A DNA stretch of 64,000 nucleotides. It comes from Escherichia coli. Its GTDB lineage: Bacteria > Pseudomonadota > Gammaproteobacteria > Enterobacterales > Enterobacteriaceae. The stretch is from NCBI RefSeq assembly GCF_050920415.1, contig NZ_CP169310.1, one strand, 5' to 3'. The translations under genes were made by a program, and so were the position numbers. The notes beneath the pieces were generated by a model. That model had not been told where the DNA came from and searched no databases. It saw only the letters and a program-made list of their open reading frames with translations. This document shows positions 11,406-25,282 of the stretch, one piece after another (position 1 is the stretch's first letter; every line of letters begins with the position of its first letter).

Positions 11406-11479
11406 CCCCCCCTGACAGACCTGCTGCCAGAGCGGGGCGTGATGCTCCGGCACCGTCTGCTAGTCGGATGCAGTTGAAC

Positions 11480-11700
11480 AGAGTCGGTGCGATTCCACCT
11501 GCTAATCATTACTGTAGATGCGCAGTTCATTCATCCAAATAGATCCCTACTGAAACTAGCTGACCACACAGGCTTTCTGGCACGCTGTAACGGTTTCCGC
11601 CAACCTCGATATATCCATCCCAGGAGACATGATGGATATCGAAGTAGCTTGTATAGAAGCCAGTATCTGGTAATGGCATGAAGATGCCTCTACTTCTGCG
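11480..11700 (-). pseudogene. IS21-family istA 3' fragment
   Basis: minus-strand translation ...PLPDTGFYTSYFDIHHVSWDGYIEVGGNRYSVPESLCGQ resembles IstA C-terminus. Confidence 0.35.
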
Positions 11701-12052
11701 TGAAGTGTTGTTCCGCTATCAGCCTGAACTGGCGAAGTTCAGGCTTGTCGGCAACCTCAGCCATCCACTGCTCCAGTAGCTGATTAACATGAGCGAATAA
11801 CTGGCACTGACACTATCAGGACAGCATTTTTCATCCAGCTTCCTTAATATTTAACCTCGCAATGACTCCCTTTTCCTTCCACTAACACTTCCCATTACCT
11901 GGAGTGCAGAAGATTTTCACCTCTTAGTCGTTCTTCAGCCACCACGGTTGAATCACAGTGCTAGTCACCGCCATATGAGAGCCAGCAATTGCTTCTATAT
12001 TTTTACTCTTACGGCCTTCCGTACAGGCGGAATCCATATATTACATTGTAAA

Positions 12053-14584
12053 TTAAACATTTCGTAATATAACATTATCCTTTCTTACTGATATTCTTAT
12101 TTTTTTTGTTGCTTTCTTATCTTTAGAATCAATTAAACATCTGGCAAGCACAGGAAGAACAGATGTATTAAGTACTGCATCGATATCCCTCGCGCCAAAC
12201 TTATCGCATTGACAATTTTGTATAATCCAGTCAATAAGAGAATCACTGTAATCTATTTTATACATCTGATCTGATGCCCGCTCAAAACGTTTACAAATAT
12301 TATCAATTTTGATGATCGCTATATTTTTAAGTGTTTTGGTATGTAAGGGAGAAAAAGGCACTAAGTTAGTTCTTCCCATAAATGCTGCTCCAAAATGCTC
12401 ATTAAAGAAAGGGAGAATAACTTCTTTTATTTTTTCTTTATTAAACTCATCCTCATTCCAGAGGCTTGTAATTTTTTCACTAGCAAGATTTGATGTCATA
12501 ATTATAAGACAATCTCTGAAAGACACCATCTTACCTTCAGAATCCTCGATAATTCCCAAATCGAATATTTGAAAAAAAAACTCCAAAACATCCGGATGTG
12601 CTTTTTCAATTTCATCAAGAAGAATAACGCTATATGGATTATGACTGACTCTTTCGGTAAGAGTTCCCCCCTGACCAAAACCAACATATCCTGGAGGAGC
12701 TCCCTTCAGAGTAGAAACAGTGTGAGCTTCCTGAAATTCTGTCATATTAATAGTGATCAGTTTATTTTCATCTCCATAAACAAACTCGGCCAGTGCCCTG
12801 GCAGTCTCGGTTTTACCGGTACCAGAAGGTCCAGCCAGTAAAAATACCCCATCAGGTTTTACCGGATCTTTAAGATCCGCCCGGCAAATAAGTATTTGTG
12901 ATGCTATAGCAGACATAGCATATCGTTGACCCAAAACTCGTTGCTCCAGACATCTTAACAGAGTGGAGGTTTTTTGTTGTTCACTATCAAGACATAGTCC
13001 CAGTGGAATTCCTGTCCATCCTGATACAACATCAGCAACACAGTTTTTATCCACACACTCAAAAACCATTGGGCTGTCTTTCTTGTACGCACTTTCCAGT
13101 TCTTTTCTGTACATATTCTGTGATAAAGTATCATCTGTACTTTGTATCTTAGCAACCAGTTCACTTTGATAAAGCCATGCTAATTTAAATTGCTCAAGAC
13201 TCTTCTCTAGTTGAGTAATTTTATTTACAAGAAATTTCTGACGCAGTACATTTGATTTTTCCTGTTCCAGCAGTGCAAGTTCTCCCTGGAGTCTTTCTAA
13301 TTTAGCTTCAATATCCTGAATGGCATCTGGTCGTGTGGACTGAGATACGGCAACCCGTGAGCAGGCTGTATCTAACAGACTTACAGATTTATCTGGCTGA
13401 CGACGTCCATGCAGATAACGGTCTGATAAATGTACCGTTGCAGTTATGGCTTCTTCCCTGATAGAGACATTATGGTGCTTTTCCATCATCGGTAAAAGTG
13501 AACGTAGCATCCCGGCAGTGACATCCTTATTCGGTTCAGTTACTTTTACGATCTGAAAACGCCGGGCTAATGCGCCGTCTTTTTCAAAATACTTTTTATA
13601 TTCTCCCCATGTCGTTGCTGCGATAATACGCAATTCCCCACGGGCAAGAGCAGGCTTAAGTAAATTTGCTGCATCAGTTTGCCCAGGAACTCCTCCTGCG
13701 CCAATAAGAGAATGAGCTTCATCAATAAACAAAATAGCTGTACCAGATAAAGAATTAAGTTCGGTTAACAGCAATTTTAAGCGATTTTCAAATTCCCCTC
13801 TTACACTAGCCCCCGCAAGTAAAGCTCCCATATCAAGCGCAAGAATATTAACATTCTTCAGTGCATCAGGAACGCGGCCAGATGAAATTTGCAGTGCTAA
13901 ACCTTCTACTATGCTACTTTTCCCAACTCCCGGATCACCAGTCAGTATAGGGTTATTCTGCCTGCGACGAAGCAAGATATCGATAAGTTGTCTGATTTCC
14001 TTCTCTCTACCAGAAACAGGATCCAATTTCCCTGTTTCTGCAAGCAGGGTGAAATTTTCAGTATATTTACTAATATACTCATGTGAAGAGTTATCTATAG
14101 AACTATGAGAAATAGAACTCTCCTCTTTACAGGAAAAAGATATAAGTACCTTCTCTGCTGCATCGACATCACAACATAATGCCTCAGATACATTGTAAGG
14201 TAATATTGAATCTCTGATATTAATCAGCGTAGTAAAAAAAACAGGTATATCAATGTGATTGCATTGCCATTTAGTACTGGCATGTATCCATGCTTTTTCC
14301 AGCAGAATCTGCATCGATTCAGAAAATACAGGTGCTGATTGTTGACAAGTATTAATACGGATAAGTTCACTTTCAATAGCTTTCAGAATTCTACCAGGAT
14401 TAAATAAAGATAACTCATTAAGAGTCTCAGCAATATTCTTATGTTCCTCTAATAACTTCCACAGAAAATGTAAACAATCAACTTCATTGTGTGATCTTGA
14501 CATTGCATAATTAATAGCAGAATCCAGAGCACGTCTACTTTCTGGTGTTAATTTATTAATAATTGATTTGAGATAGATACTCAT
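12053..14584 (-). CDS. clpV: T6SS AAA+ ATPase ClpV (TssH)
   Basis: 843 aa; two Walker A boxes (GDPGVGKS, GPSGTGKTE); last gene of tssL-tssM-clpV block. Confidence 0.9.
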   Translation of the reverse strand: MSIYLKSIINKLTPESRRALDSAINYAMSRSHNEVDCLHFLWKLLEEHKNIAETLNELSLFNPGRILKAIESELIRINTCQQSAPVFSESMQILLEKAWIHASTKWQCNHIDIPVFFTTLINIRDSILPYNVSEALCCDVDAAEKVLISFSCKEESSISHSSIDNSSHEYISKYTENFTLLAETGKLDPVSGREKEIRQLIDILLRRRQNNPILTGDPGVGKSSIVEGLALQISSGRVPDALKNVNILALDMGALLAGASVRGEFENRLKLLLTELNSLSGTAILFIDEAHSLIGAGGVPGQTDAANLLKPALARGELRIIAATTWGEYKKYFEKDGALARRFQIVKVTEPNKDVTAGMLRSLLPMMEKHHNVSIREEAITATVHLSDRYLHGRRQPDKSVSLLDTACSRVAVSQSTRPDAIQDIEAKLERLQGELALLEQEKSNVLRQKFLVNKITQLEKSLEQFKLAWLYQSELVAKIQSTDDTLSQNMYRKELESAYKKDSPMVFECVDKNCVADVVSGWTGIPLGLCLDSEQQKTSTLLRCLEQRVLGQRYAMSAIASQILICRADLKDPVKPDGVFLLAGPSGTGKTETARALAEFVYGDENKLITINMTEFQEAHTVSTLKGAPPGYVGFGQGGTLTERVSHNPYSVILLDEIEKAHPDVLEFFFQIFDLGIIEDSEGKMVSFRDCLIIMTSNLASEKITSLWNEDEFNKEKIKEVILPFFNEHFGAAFMGRTNLVPFSPLHTKTLKNIAIIKIDNICKRFERASDQMYKIDYSDSLIDWIIQNCQCDKFGARDIDAVLNTSVLPVLARCLIDSKDKKATKKIRISVRKDNVILRNV

Positions 14585-14587
14585 TAA

Positions 14588-17500
14588 TTACTCCTGTTCT
14601 GCTGGACATTTTGTTATATTGCCAGGCAACCTAGAAATCCAACCTCTTTTATCCCAGCTATGTGTGGTAAGCAGTTTATTACTCAGATTCATTTGTAAAC
14701 TTTCAAGCTTATCCTTTTCCCGTTTTAACTGTTCCCATTCAATATATGCCTGACTTAAATCGCTTACATCACTCAGTTTGTAACGGACGAGAATTCCTTT
14801 TATACCCATTGATTCAAGAAGACTTCTTGATTCTGGAGGAAAATTTGCCGTCATTAACTCATCTTCGCCATCAGAAAACCTATTGATAAAATCAATCCAG
14901 GCTGTTTCACCTGTAAATTTATAGGTAGTAGAAAAATCTGGAAAAGAAATATCAATACTTACAGAGTTACAACTCCCTGGATACCAAGTAAAAATACCTA
15001 AATCGGCAAAATTCATACTTCGTATATTACTATTTCCTGTTTTGCACTTAAGAGTCAGACTGGTACCTGTTGGTTTAACGCCTATATTACCTGCAATTGT
15101 CGCAGGTGCACTACTTATCGTAACTTTGTAAGGCTGTGATTCAACCTTTTGTAAGGTCTGATTAAGTATATCTAATTGTTCTTTGATATTTATTAGCTCA
15201 TCTTTATTTTGCGTTTTATTTCTGAACTGAACGTCAATTAAATCATCTGGAGAAATAATGTCATTGAGAAAACTAATGAACGAAGGAGAAAAAGATATAC
15301 TTCTGTCTTTAAAAGATAACAATCTGATACTTTCATGATCAAGTGCTAAAATCCCGTTAGCTGGACCATTTAAAAAACCAATAATACTTTTATATATTTT
15401 CCCTTGCATTTCAATATGACTGAAATTATGTTCGCCTGTATTTAATCGGCTTAGAACAGATGTCTTCCATTGTTCATCTACCCAACAACCTGTATAAGTA
15501 ACAGCATGGTCGAGAAGTTGAAAAATTTGCCTTTCATAAATATCCCATACAGAATCAATTACTGGTTCTGTATTATTACTATTAATAACAGAACGGACCT
15601 TTTCAAACTCATCAAATAATATTACCAACTTATTTTTTGGATCTGAATGCATAACATGCCTGGTAAACTCAACAGTTGATGATGTATGTAACACTGAGTT
15701 TATAGCATTACGTAAAGCATTCTGCCAATACCTCCATGCAGTAACATGCTCTGGTGTCTTGTACATTTTACTGTTATTAAAAATAGAAATTAGATATATA
15801 CGTAACATAAGATCAAGTTGTTTTATTTGACGCTTCATTCCATTATCTACTTTAAGTGAAAATAAACGGTAAAGCAGTCTAAAATCAGAAAGCCAGTCCT
15901 GTGCCGAACTTGCTGGTATATTACGTAACTCATCATCTATAAACTGAAAAAATTTATGTTCAGATGAGCGATTATATATAATATTAGTCAGTTGCAGCGG
16001 ACTCATTAAGCCTGAATGTGAATCATTACGCTCCCTTGCGATAGCCATTATAAAGTGGCTGAAATATTCCTGACGACTTTCATCCAAGTACTGTACAAAA
16101 GATGAAAACTCATTCGGAACGTTATCACTACCATATGCTTCTTTTATATGCGTATACCACTGATGAAGTTTATTCTGTCCCTGCTGTGTCCATATACCAG
16201 AAAGATAGACAGAAGGGTTCTCATCCTCCCAAAAATCAGTAATTTTCACTGCAGGAATATCAACATACTCAGAAACAAACCATGAAAAAGATGGATCACT
16301 TTTAATCAACTCTGTTAAGAGGTTTCTGAATGCATTAATATTTTTATTTCCATTATCTTTTTGTATCTCATTTCTTTCTATAGCAAGCGAAGCTATTGAT
16401 GAAATTTTCTCATGAGGTCTGGTTATTTTTAGTAATTCATGAATACCCGGATACTTCGTTAAGTCACGCAGTGATTCATTTCGAATCATTTTATCCCAAA
16501 TGATAAGTGATGAGGAAAGAGACAGAATCAAATCTCGTTTATCTGATGGTGAAGCCTCCATAAACATTCTCTTATATTCTGCAACACGCCATGAGATCGA
16601 GCTACGTTCAAATTTTGTATTTTCATGCAAAGATTCTATGAAAAATAGATATTTATCATACAATGCAGGTTTAAAAGGAAAATACAGTATATTAGACTTA
16701 ACTTTATCTTCATATTTTGATATTTGCTCTATCAGAAATGTATGTCTGGTATCAACCGAATTAGGTCTTATATCATATACATTATATGAACAATATGCAC
16801 TATATCCAAGAAAACACAGTGCAGTTATTACTATAGCTGATTCAAATAAGTTTTTTACTCTCCGTTTGTTAACATGAATAACTTCTGAATTCTGTATTTG
16901 TGGTAATATTTCAGAAATCAAAATATCATAAAAACTACAGTTCTTATTATTACTCGACTCGAATTCACCATATAACCAGAGCCCTGATATCTTTGTCTGA
17001 GAAAAAAACATATTATCTATACAGAATGTGGAAATAAAGGCATCCAGTGATTGTTTTATATCATTCAATTTATCTGGAAACTGCAGGATCTCGTTTTTTT
17101 TCTGATCGCTTATTGTGTCATCAAGTACATTGAATATTGACTCCATGATATTCATTCTCAATGATGACAATATATATGATGAGTCATATTCTGATGTATT
17201 TTTTTCTAATTCATTTATTACCAAAAAGACTTGATGCATCTTGCTATTTTTCTGATGAATTTTTTGCGCTAGTGCTGAATATCCATCAATGTGCTCACAT
17301 CCGCTTATGGCAAGAAAGACAGGAATATTATGATGTAAGTGTGAAGACAGTTGCTCTATAACGTCCCTTGTTTTTTGAGATAATATTTTTATATATGTAT
17401 GATCATGTTCAAGTAACTTATCAACAGGAATGATAAGAACAAATCCATGAGGTGGTTGTTTTTTACATTTTCGTGATAATAAAAAACTTATAACAGAACT

Positions 17501-17992
17501 TAGTAACCCTGGGCTATCATATATCTTACCTGACAGTTCCAGTACACTTAAATCTCTGAAAAACCACCAACGAATAGTTCTAAATTTTTGGGAAATACTA
17601 TTTAACCCATTACAGTGAAAGACTGGAAGATTAATATCATTAATCAAGGAATTGCCTTTTTCTGAAATTCCTGTAAGTAAAAACCAAGGGACTTTCCCTC
17701 TTCCTTTTTTTCTTATGATTTTTAACCCTTTACTAAAATAAGAATCAAGCATTAATGTTCGTTTTTTACGAAAAAACAACATTATAAAGTGTCTGTATTT
17801 TCCTGCCAAAAAGTAATTACGTATACAATCCACAAGTAATTTTAGTGAAAGAGTGACCAGAATTACAAAAATCCAGTACAGTACTGTTGTAGTATCTGTC
17901 CAGTTTCTTAACACACCAATCACATATAAAATAGACAAAGAGAAAACAGAAACAAAAAACCAGAGAAATAATGGAAATATTTTCTTTAGCAT
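14588..17992 (-). CDS. tssM: T6SS membrane complex protein TssM (IcmF-like)
   Basis: 1134 aa; N-terminal TM helices; size and position between tssL and clpV. Confidence 0.8.
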   Translation of the reverse strand: MLKKIFPLFLWFFVSVFSLSILYVIGVLRNWTDTTTVLYWIFVILVTLSLKLLVDCIRNYFLAGKYRHFIMLFFRKKRTLMLDSYFSKGLKIIRKKGRGKVPWFLLTGISEKGNSLINDINLPVFHCNGLNSISQKFRTIRWWFFRDLSVLELSGKIYDSPGLLSSVISFLLSRKCKKQPPHGFVLIIPVDKLLEHDHTYIKILSQKTRDVIEQLSSHLHHNIPVFLAISGCEHIDGYSALAQKIHQKNSKMHQVFLVINELEKNTSEYDSSYILSSLRMNIMESIFNVLDDTISDQKKNEILQFPDKLNDIKQSLDAFISTFCIDNMFFSQTKISGLWLYGEFESSNNKNCSFYDILISEILPQIQNSEVIHVNKRRVKNLFESAIVITALCFLGYSAYCSYNVYDIRPNSVDTRHTFLIEQISKYEDKVKSNILYFPFKPALYDKYLFFIESLHENTKFERSSISWRVAEYKRMFMEASPSDKRDLILSLSSSLIIWDKMIRNESLRDLTKYPGIHELLKITRPHEKISSIASLAIERNEIQKDNGNKNINAFRNLLTELIKSDPSFSWFVSEYVDIPAVKITDFWEDENPSVYLSGIWTQQGQNKLHQWYTHIKEAYGSDNVPNEFSSFVQYLDESRQEYFSHFIMAIARERNDSHSGLMSPLQLTNIIYNRSSEHKFFQFIDDELRNIPASSAQDWLSDFRLLYRLFSLKVDNGMKRQIKQLDLMLRIYLISIFNNSKMYKTPEHVTAWRYWQNALRNAINSVLHTSSTVEFTRHVMHSDPKNKLVILFDEFEKVRSVINSNNTEPVIDSVWDIYERQIFQLLDHAVTYTGCWVDEQWKTSVLSRLNTGEHNFSHIEMQGKIYKSIIGFLNGPANGILALDHESIRLLSFKDRSISFSPSFISFLNDIISPDDLIDVQFRNKTQNKDELINIKEQLDILNQTLQKVESQPYKVTISSAPATIAGNIGVKPTGTSLTLKCKTGNSNIRSMNFADLGIFTWYPGSCNSVSIDISFPDFSTTYKFTGETAWIDFINRFSDGEDELMTANFPPESRSLLESMGIKGILVRYKLSDVSDLSQAYIEWEQLKREKDKLESLQMNLSNKLLTTHSWDKRGWISRLPGNITKCPAEQE

Positions 17993-17998
17993 AAGTAG

Positions 17999-18613
17999 TT
18001 ATCTCATATATATCACCAACAACAACACAAAATAAATAACAATAATACATGCAAATGACAAATAAAAATTAAACCATGATGATTTTCTCTTTTTTTGTTT
18101 AAATGCAATATTGTTTTTTCCTTTAGAATAGATATTTACCCCGCATTGTTGTTTTAGTCTTGATATATAATTATTAATTTCATCGTTGTTGCTTACTGAA
18201 TATTGTCCTCTGAATCCAAGTAATAGGCATAAAAGAAAAACCCATCCAACCCGGCTTTCAGACTCGATGACTTTATTAAGCAGATTAAAAAATTCGACAC
18301 CTCCTGTAGAGTGTCCGAAATATTTAACTTGCAAAAGATTATCACGCCATTCTTTTCTGTAAGAAAGTTTAGAGCACAATATTACCTCATCAATCATAAC
18401 GACTATTGAATAAAATGCCGCATCAAGTTCGCTGTCACTTAACGATATTTTTTCACTATTGCGAACGACGTCTTCAACAGTATCAATTATATAATTTCTA
18501 GTACTGTCGTAATCAGCATATTCTTCAGGATAGACTTTAACAGATGATATAAGTTTAAATACTGGCATATAGCATTCAACGATATTCACCAGTACCTCCA
18601 TAACATAATACAT
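17999..18613 (-). CDS. tssL: T6SS membrane complex protein TssL (DotU-like), no peptidoglycan-binding extension
   Basis: 204 aa; single C-terminal TM helix (WFNFYLSFACIIVIYFVLLLVIY). Confidence 0.7.
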   Translation of the reverse strand: MYYVMEVLVNIVECYMPVFKLISSVKVYPEEYADYDSTRNYIIDTVEDVVRNSEKISLSDSELDAAFYSIVVMIDEVILCSKLSYRKEWRDNLLQVKYFGHSTGGVEFFNLLNKVIESESRVGWVFLLCLLLGFRGQYSVSNNDEINNYISRLKQQCGVNIYSKGKNNIAFKQKKRKSSWFNFYLSFACIIVIYFVLLLVIYMR

Positions 18614-18899
18614 TCATATAACATGTTTTGTACCCGGAAACGATAAACTGGAATTGATATTTTACTCACTGACGCAGATATGCGTCAGTGAGCGATCCTG
18701 GCGCACTATGCAGATGGTTCTTATTAAGGTTCGATAACCACTGTAGAGTGAGCAATGCTGTTCTTACATCTGCTTCTGGAATAAACACGATATTTTCCTT
18801 CATCATTGTCCACGAAGCTTTCTAGTATTTTATCTTCTGCGCTGGATGAGAGCACCGTTAGCACCAAAGCATTTTCACACCACAGAACATAGCATCCTG

Positions 18900-21536
<2,637 letters not shown>

Positions 21537-21566
21537 CGGCTTCATACTCAAATAGTTGAGATGCGT

Positions 21567-21662
21567 TCATTACATTCTCCAATGACTAGTTTAAAAACTA
21601 GTATTAAGACTATCACTTAATTTAAGTGATAATGGTTGTCTGGATATTCAGGGGGCCAGTAT
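21567..21662 (-). repeat. solo IS2 left-end fragment (~95 bp) abutting IS110 copy A
   Basis: reverse complement reads ACTGGCCCCCTGAATATCCAGACAACCATTATCACTTAAATTAAGTGATAGTCTTAATACTAGTTTTTAAACTAGTCATTGGAGA, matching IS2 IR-L region as I recall it. Confidence 0.55.
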
Positions 21663-21957
21663 ATAAAATTTCTCACATACTCCATCACTTCCTTGAAGCT
21701 CAATGCCTAGTAAACACTAAAGCAGATAAATTGGCTTTATTGCGACGTCCCGTTAATAATCGGGCAATAGCTGTGAGATTACTTTCCTGCCCTTGTGTCT
21801 TCCACTTGAACAACAAACCGGATTGAATGCCATGCACAAAACACTATCATTCAAAGAATACAGTCTGTTGAATAATAGATGTTTTTTCTGATGTGTTTAC
21901 ATATAGGCAGCAGTTCCCTCTGATAAAAAACCTGTTCAAATCTAGTTATTGTATGTT

Positions 21958-23328
21958 TTATTTCTGCAATAATACTAACTCTACAAGTAAATCATCAGGA
22001 GTACATGACCAATAAAATGCAACCTTTTTTTTATCCTGAGCTAATAACCATAATTCCGAGTGTTTATCTATCTGCAACCAAATTATATTTTCTCTAACCT
22101 GTAAATCAGATGTAACGACATCCATCACTGTAAAATTAATCCCAGGAAGAGCATGCTGAATTATCAGTTCTAAATGTTCAGATGGAGCAATCCTAATCTC
22201 TGACAATGCAACCAAATTATTATTTTTGAAGGTATCTGAAGTTAACTTAATATAGTAATCAACATTATTTTTAGGTGTATAGCCATCAAAATCGCAGACT
22301 AATGTATCTGTTTTTAACTGTTTGAAACCAAAACTAACAATTTTATCTCTGCATAAATTCTCCAGCATTACCTTAATATAATACTGCAGATTACTGAAAC
22401 ACGAAATTTGATCATAGTGATTGTATGACAAATCAACAACTCTAGCATCTGTAGCCACCATTCTCTGAAAGGTAGATATTTCCCCTGTAAACTGACATAA
22501 TGCCATATAATATAACCAAGGATGAGTTGAATCTTCATTCATAAATGATGAAAGAAGTGATAAAGCTCTATTAATAGCACATAGAATAAAAAAATTATAA
22601 AAATGTCTATCGGACACTTTTCGTTCTGTATATCTATATTCTTCGAGTTTATTTTTGTAGAAGTCAAGGATATATTTAATTTCTGCAACTTTACCTCTAA
22701 GTATATGATTAGCTGATAACCTCATAGCTGGAAATGAATACTCATCATCAATACACAATATATTATTGCTATGAATAACCCTGGCTAGAGGTAAGTATTC
22801 AAAGTCTGTGGCATTCTCTTTTTCTTCATCTGTAATTATCTGAATATCATATTTTATTCTTGTGATACCTACATCCTGACTATCATGATAAACATTACGC
22901 ATGTTGCTTTCATCATTTGGGCTTACCCATCTGGCTGAGCCTCGTTTATCATTAACACTGGATACATTTTTATAACCGGAATTAAATCGCTTAAGAGCAA
23001 GCCACAAATTAACAGATCCAGTATCTGTGCCTCTAAGATTTATCAGGCACTTATCCTGCACAATACAGTTACCCGGGTACTCGATATAATACCCAGAAGG
23101 TAACACAGCCTTTATTTTTTCAATCCTGATTGTATCTTCTTTCAGAAGATTATCATTTATATGACATTCATAGTATCCCTGATAATAGGGTTGTGATAAC
23201 TGCCTGTTTCTGGCAAGCATGAAACTATGATGCAAATCAATTGACTGAAAATGCTGAGGTTGTAAATAAAGGCCTGAATACCAATAAATAAGTTGCTCTT
23301 CTTCTTGCATGCAGTAATACCTGTACAA
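21958..23328 (-). CDS. tssK: T6SS baseplate protein TssK
   Basis: 456 aa; N-terminal W.SGLYLQPQHFQ motif. Confidence 0.8.
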   Translation of the reverse strand: MYRYYCMQEEEQLIYWYSGLYLQPQHFQSIDLHHSFMLARNRQLSQPYYQGYYECHINDNLLKEDTIRIEKIKAVLPSGYYIEYPGNCIVQDKCLINLRGTDTGSVNLWLALKRFNSGYKNVSSVNDKRGSARWVSPNDESNMRNVYHDSQDVGITRIKYDIQIITDEEKENATDFEYLPLARVIHSNNILCIDDEYSFPAMRLSANHILRGKVAEIKYILDFYKNKLEEYRYTERKVSDRHFYNFFILCAINRALSLLSSFMNEDSTHPWLYYMALCQFTGEISTFQRMVATDARVVDLSYNHYDQISCFSNLQYYIKVMLENLCRDKIVSFGFKQLKTDTLVCDFDGYTPKNNVDYYIKLTSDTFKNNNLVALSEIRIAPSEHLELIIQHALPGINFTVMDVVTSDLQVRENIIWLQIDKHSELWLLAQDKKKVAFYWSCTPDDLLVELVLLQK

Positions 23329-23880
23329 TTATTTTATACTGATACTTTCTTTACCCATAGATATCTTTTTAAAAAGAGGAGATAGTGACGCATGTAATGA
23401 TTTGTTCCACCACCCATCCTCAATAACATTAACAGGGATATCTAAAAGAACCATATGCTGTTTTCCAGGAAAGGGATAGTATCCGGCAATAATACCTACA
23501 TATTTAGCACCTTCACTCCGATCTATATGTAGTGTTGTCTCCTGACCTGGCATTGCCACATATTTATCAACTTTAAGAATACCATCAATTTTACCAGCCC
23601 CACTGAAAAACTGTTTAATTAACACTGGATTATTCATTAAGTCCTGTAATGTTTTTTTACCTGAGGCCTGTAAGAATAATAAAGTACAGCTATTGGATAT
23701 ATCGTTAAGTGAGTTTAATTGTGTATCGGGTGATATCTGAAAAGTAATCAAGCCTGCACCAAATGGAGTATCGACATTATTAATAACCTGCATTTTTTCC
23801 TGCTCAGAATACTTATCAGAGCAAGAACTAATAAAAAAAGGTAATGCTATAGCTATTAGTAACAGATACTTACTAGTCAT
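23329..23880 (-). CDS. tssJ: T6SS outer-membrane lipoprotein TssJ
   Basis: 183 aa; signal peptide with lipobox ISSC; position between tssA and tssK. Confidence 0.65.
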   Translation of the reverse strand: MTSKYLLLIAIALPFFISSCSDKYSEQEKMQVINNVDTPFGAGLITFQISPDTQLNSLNDISNSCTLLFLQASGKKTLQDLMNNPVLIKQFFSGAGKIDGILKVDKYVAMPGQETTLHIDRSEGAKYVGIIAGYYPFPGKQHMVLLDIPVNVIEDGWWNKSLHASLSPLFKKISMGKESISIK

Positions 23881-23887
23881 TAATTTT

Positions 23888-24964
23888 TTACCCTTTTAAA
23901 ATACGATTTATTTGTTCCATAGATTCATTATCTTTAAGTAGTTCCTCAAGCCATTCTGACATAGTCATTGTTGACCAACGTACTGCTCTTTCAAGAAGAT
24001 AAGGTACAGGACTAGTGGGTTCAGATTGCCTGAAAAAAACAGATATTTTTTTTAGTTGTTCTATAGCTTTCTCCCTTGACATCTCTTTATCTATTGAGTT
24101 TGTTAATACAGTATCAAATTCCTTTTGTTCCTCCGGAAACACTTTCTTTGTCTCCATATTCTCTAGTTCAACTGAAAATTGTGCTGCTGATTTGTTATCT
24201 TGTACTTCTTGTGGTAAAAAACGGCTCAATAAATCGATTATTTCACTAATGGCATGTCTGGTTTTAGCGAAAATATTATGTATATCTTCATGAGTATGAA
24301 AAAAGTAAAAAGATTCAATCTCATCAATTTTGTCAGGTAAATCAGAAAATTTAAGAAGTTGCTCACTAATCTTGCGTGCATTATATTTACCTACAGATTT
24401 TTTGAACGATTCAACAGAGTGATCACCTTCTCTTTCTATTAATTTTTCCTTTCCATCTTCTAATAAGCTCGCACTATGCTCAAACGACAGCGCCTTATAC
24501 CATTTAGACAGAGTAATTTCTTTATCATCAAGAAGAGGATATGCTTTCAAATACTCTGACAAATCAATATCAAGACGAACTAGTTTACTGTAACGAATTT
24601 CCTGCCCTTCTTCCTGGGATGGCCAGCATATAGTCCAGTACTGAGAAATAAATTTAGCAAGATATTCCAGTCCGCAACTCATCCCTTCCAGAGCATACAA
24701 ATGCGTCAAGGACTCCACATACCAACAACTAATCTGTAGATCTTTACTCTTATTGCGTAAAGTAACCTCACATAATTTTCTTACTTTTCTCCAGTCAGCC
24801 CTACGAGGTTCACTGACAGCCCATTCTCCCTGGGACATGTAGTCAGGATCATTTTGCCTTGCTGCCCGTATTTCGCTATACACAGGATCATACTCAATAT
24901 CATCACCTGCCGGCGATTCTCCTATAACAGGAAGCAGTAATGTATCCGTCTCAAACTTATTCAT
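23888..24964 (-). CDS. tssA: T6SS protein TssA (ImpA_N domain)
   Basis: 358 aa; N-terminal GDDIEYDPVYSEIRAARQ motif typical of ImpA_N. Confidence 0.75.
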   Translation of the reverse strand: MNKFETDTLLLPVIGESPAGDDIEYDPVYSEIRAARQNDPDYMSQGEWAVSEPRRADWRKVRKLCEVTLRNKSKDLQISCWYVESLTHLYALEGMSCGLEYLAKFISQYWTICWPSQEEGQEIRYSKLVRLDIDLSEYLKAYPLLDDKEITLSKWYKALSFEHSASLLEDGKEKLIEREGDHSVESFKKSVGKYNARKISEQLLKFSDLPDKIDEIESFYFFHTHEDIHNIFAKTRHAISEIIDLLSRFLPQEVQDNKSAAQFSVELENMETKKVFPEEQKEFDTVLTNSIDKEMSREKAIEQLKKISVFFRQSEPTSPVPYLLERAVRWSTMTMSEWLEELLKDNESMEQINRILKG

Positions 24965-24967
24965 TAT

Positions 24968-25273
24968 TTATCCCATTAATACCTGAGGACATCCGCTGAC
25001 AATTGTCCCCCCATGAGCACAGATATCACCCATTCGTGCTGCCGGTTTGCCGCATATAAAAACTTTAAAACTTCCCATAATAACGGCATCCACTGGTCCG
25101 GTACAAAGTGCCTGAGTCCCCAATGTAGCTGCAGGTAATCCACCAATGAGTACAGACGGAGAGCCTGGCGGCAACAGAGGTCCACCGACATGGGGAACAG
25201 GTGGTAAACCAGGCGTCATCATAGGACATACATGCATATCAGTAACTCTTGCTGCTGGCTGAGGCATATACAA
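24968..25273 (-). CDS. PAAR-repeat spike-tip protein
   Basis: 101 aa; two PAAR motifs (QPAARVTD, GKPAARMGD). Confidence 0.7.
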   Translation of the reverse strand: MYMPQPAARVTDMHVCPMMTPGLPPVPHVGGPLLPPGSPSVLIGGLPAATLGTQALCTGPVDAVIMGSFKVFICGKPAARMGDICAHGGTIVSGCPQVLMG

Positions 25274-25282
25274 CTCCCAAGA

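Noticed and set aside
16500-16877. Plus-strand ORF (125 aa) inside tssM, and similar antisense ORFs at 12309-12841, 24015-24293, 26283-26540, 29074-29262, 32690-33040, 60317-60823
   Set aside because: Shadow ORFs on the strand opposite to long, well-supported genes.
21585-21640. Pair of palindromes (ACTAGTTTAAAAACTAGT and TATCACTTAATTTAAGTGATA) between IS110 copy A and tssK, first considered a T6SS operator
   Set aside because: They match the internal palindromes of the IS2 left end, so this is an IS2 remnant, not a T6SS regulatory site.
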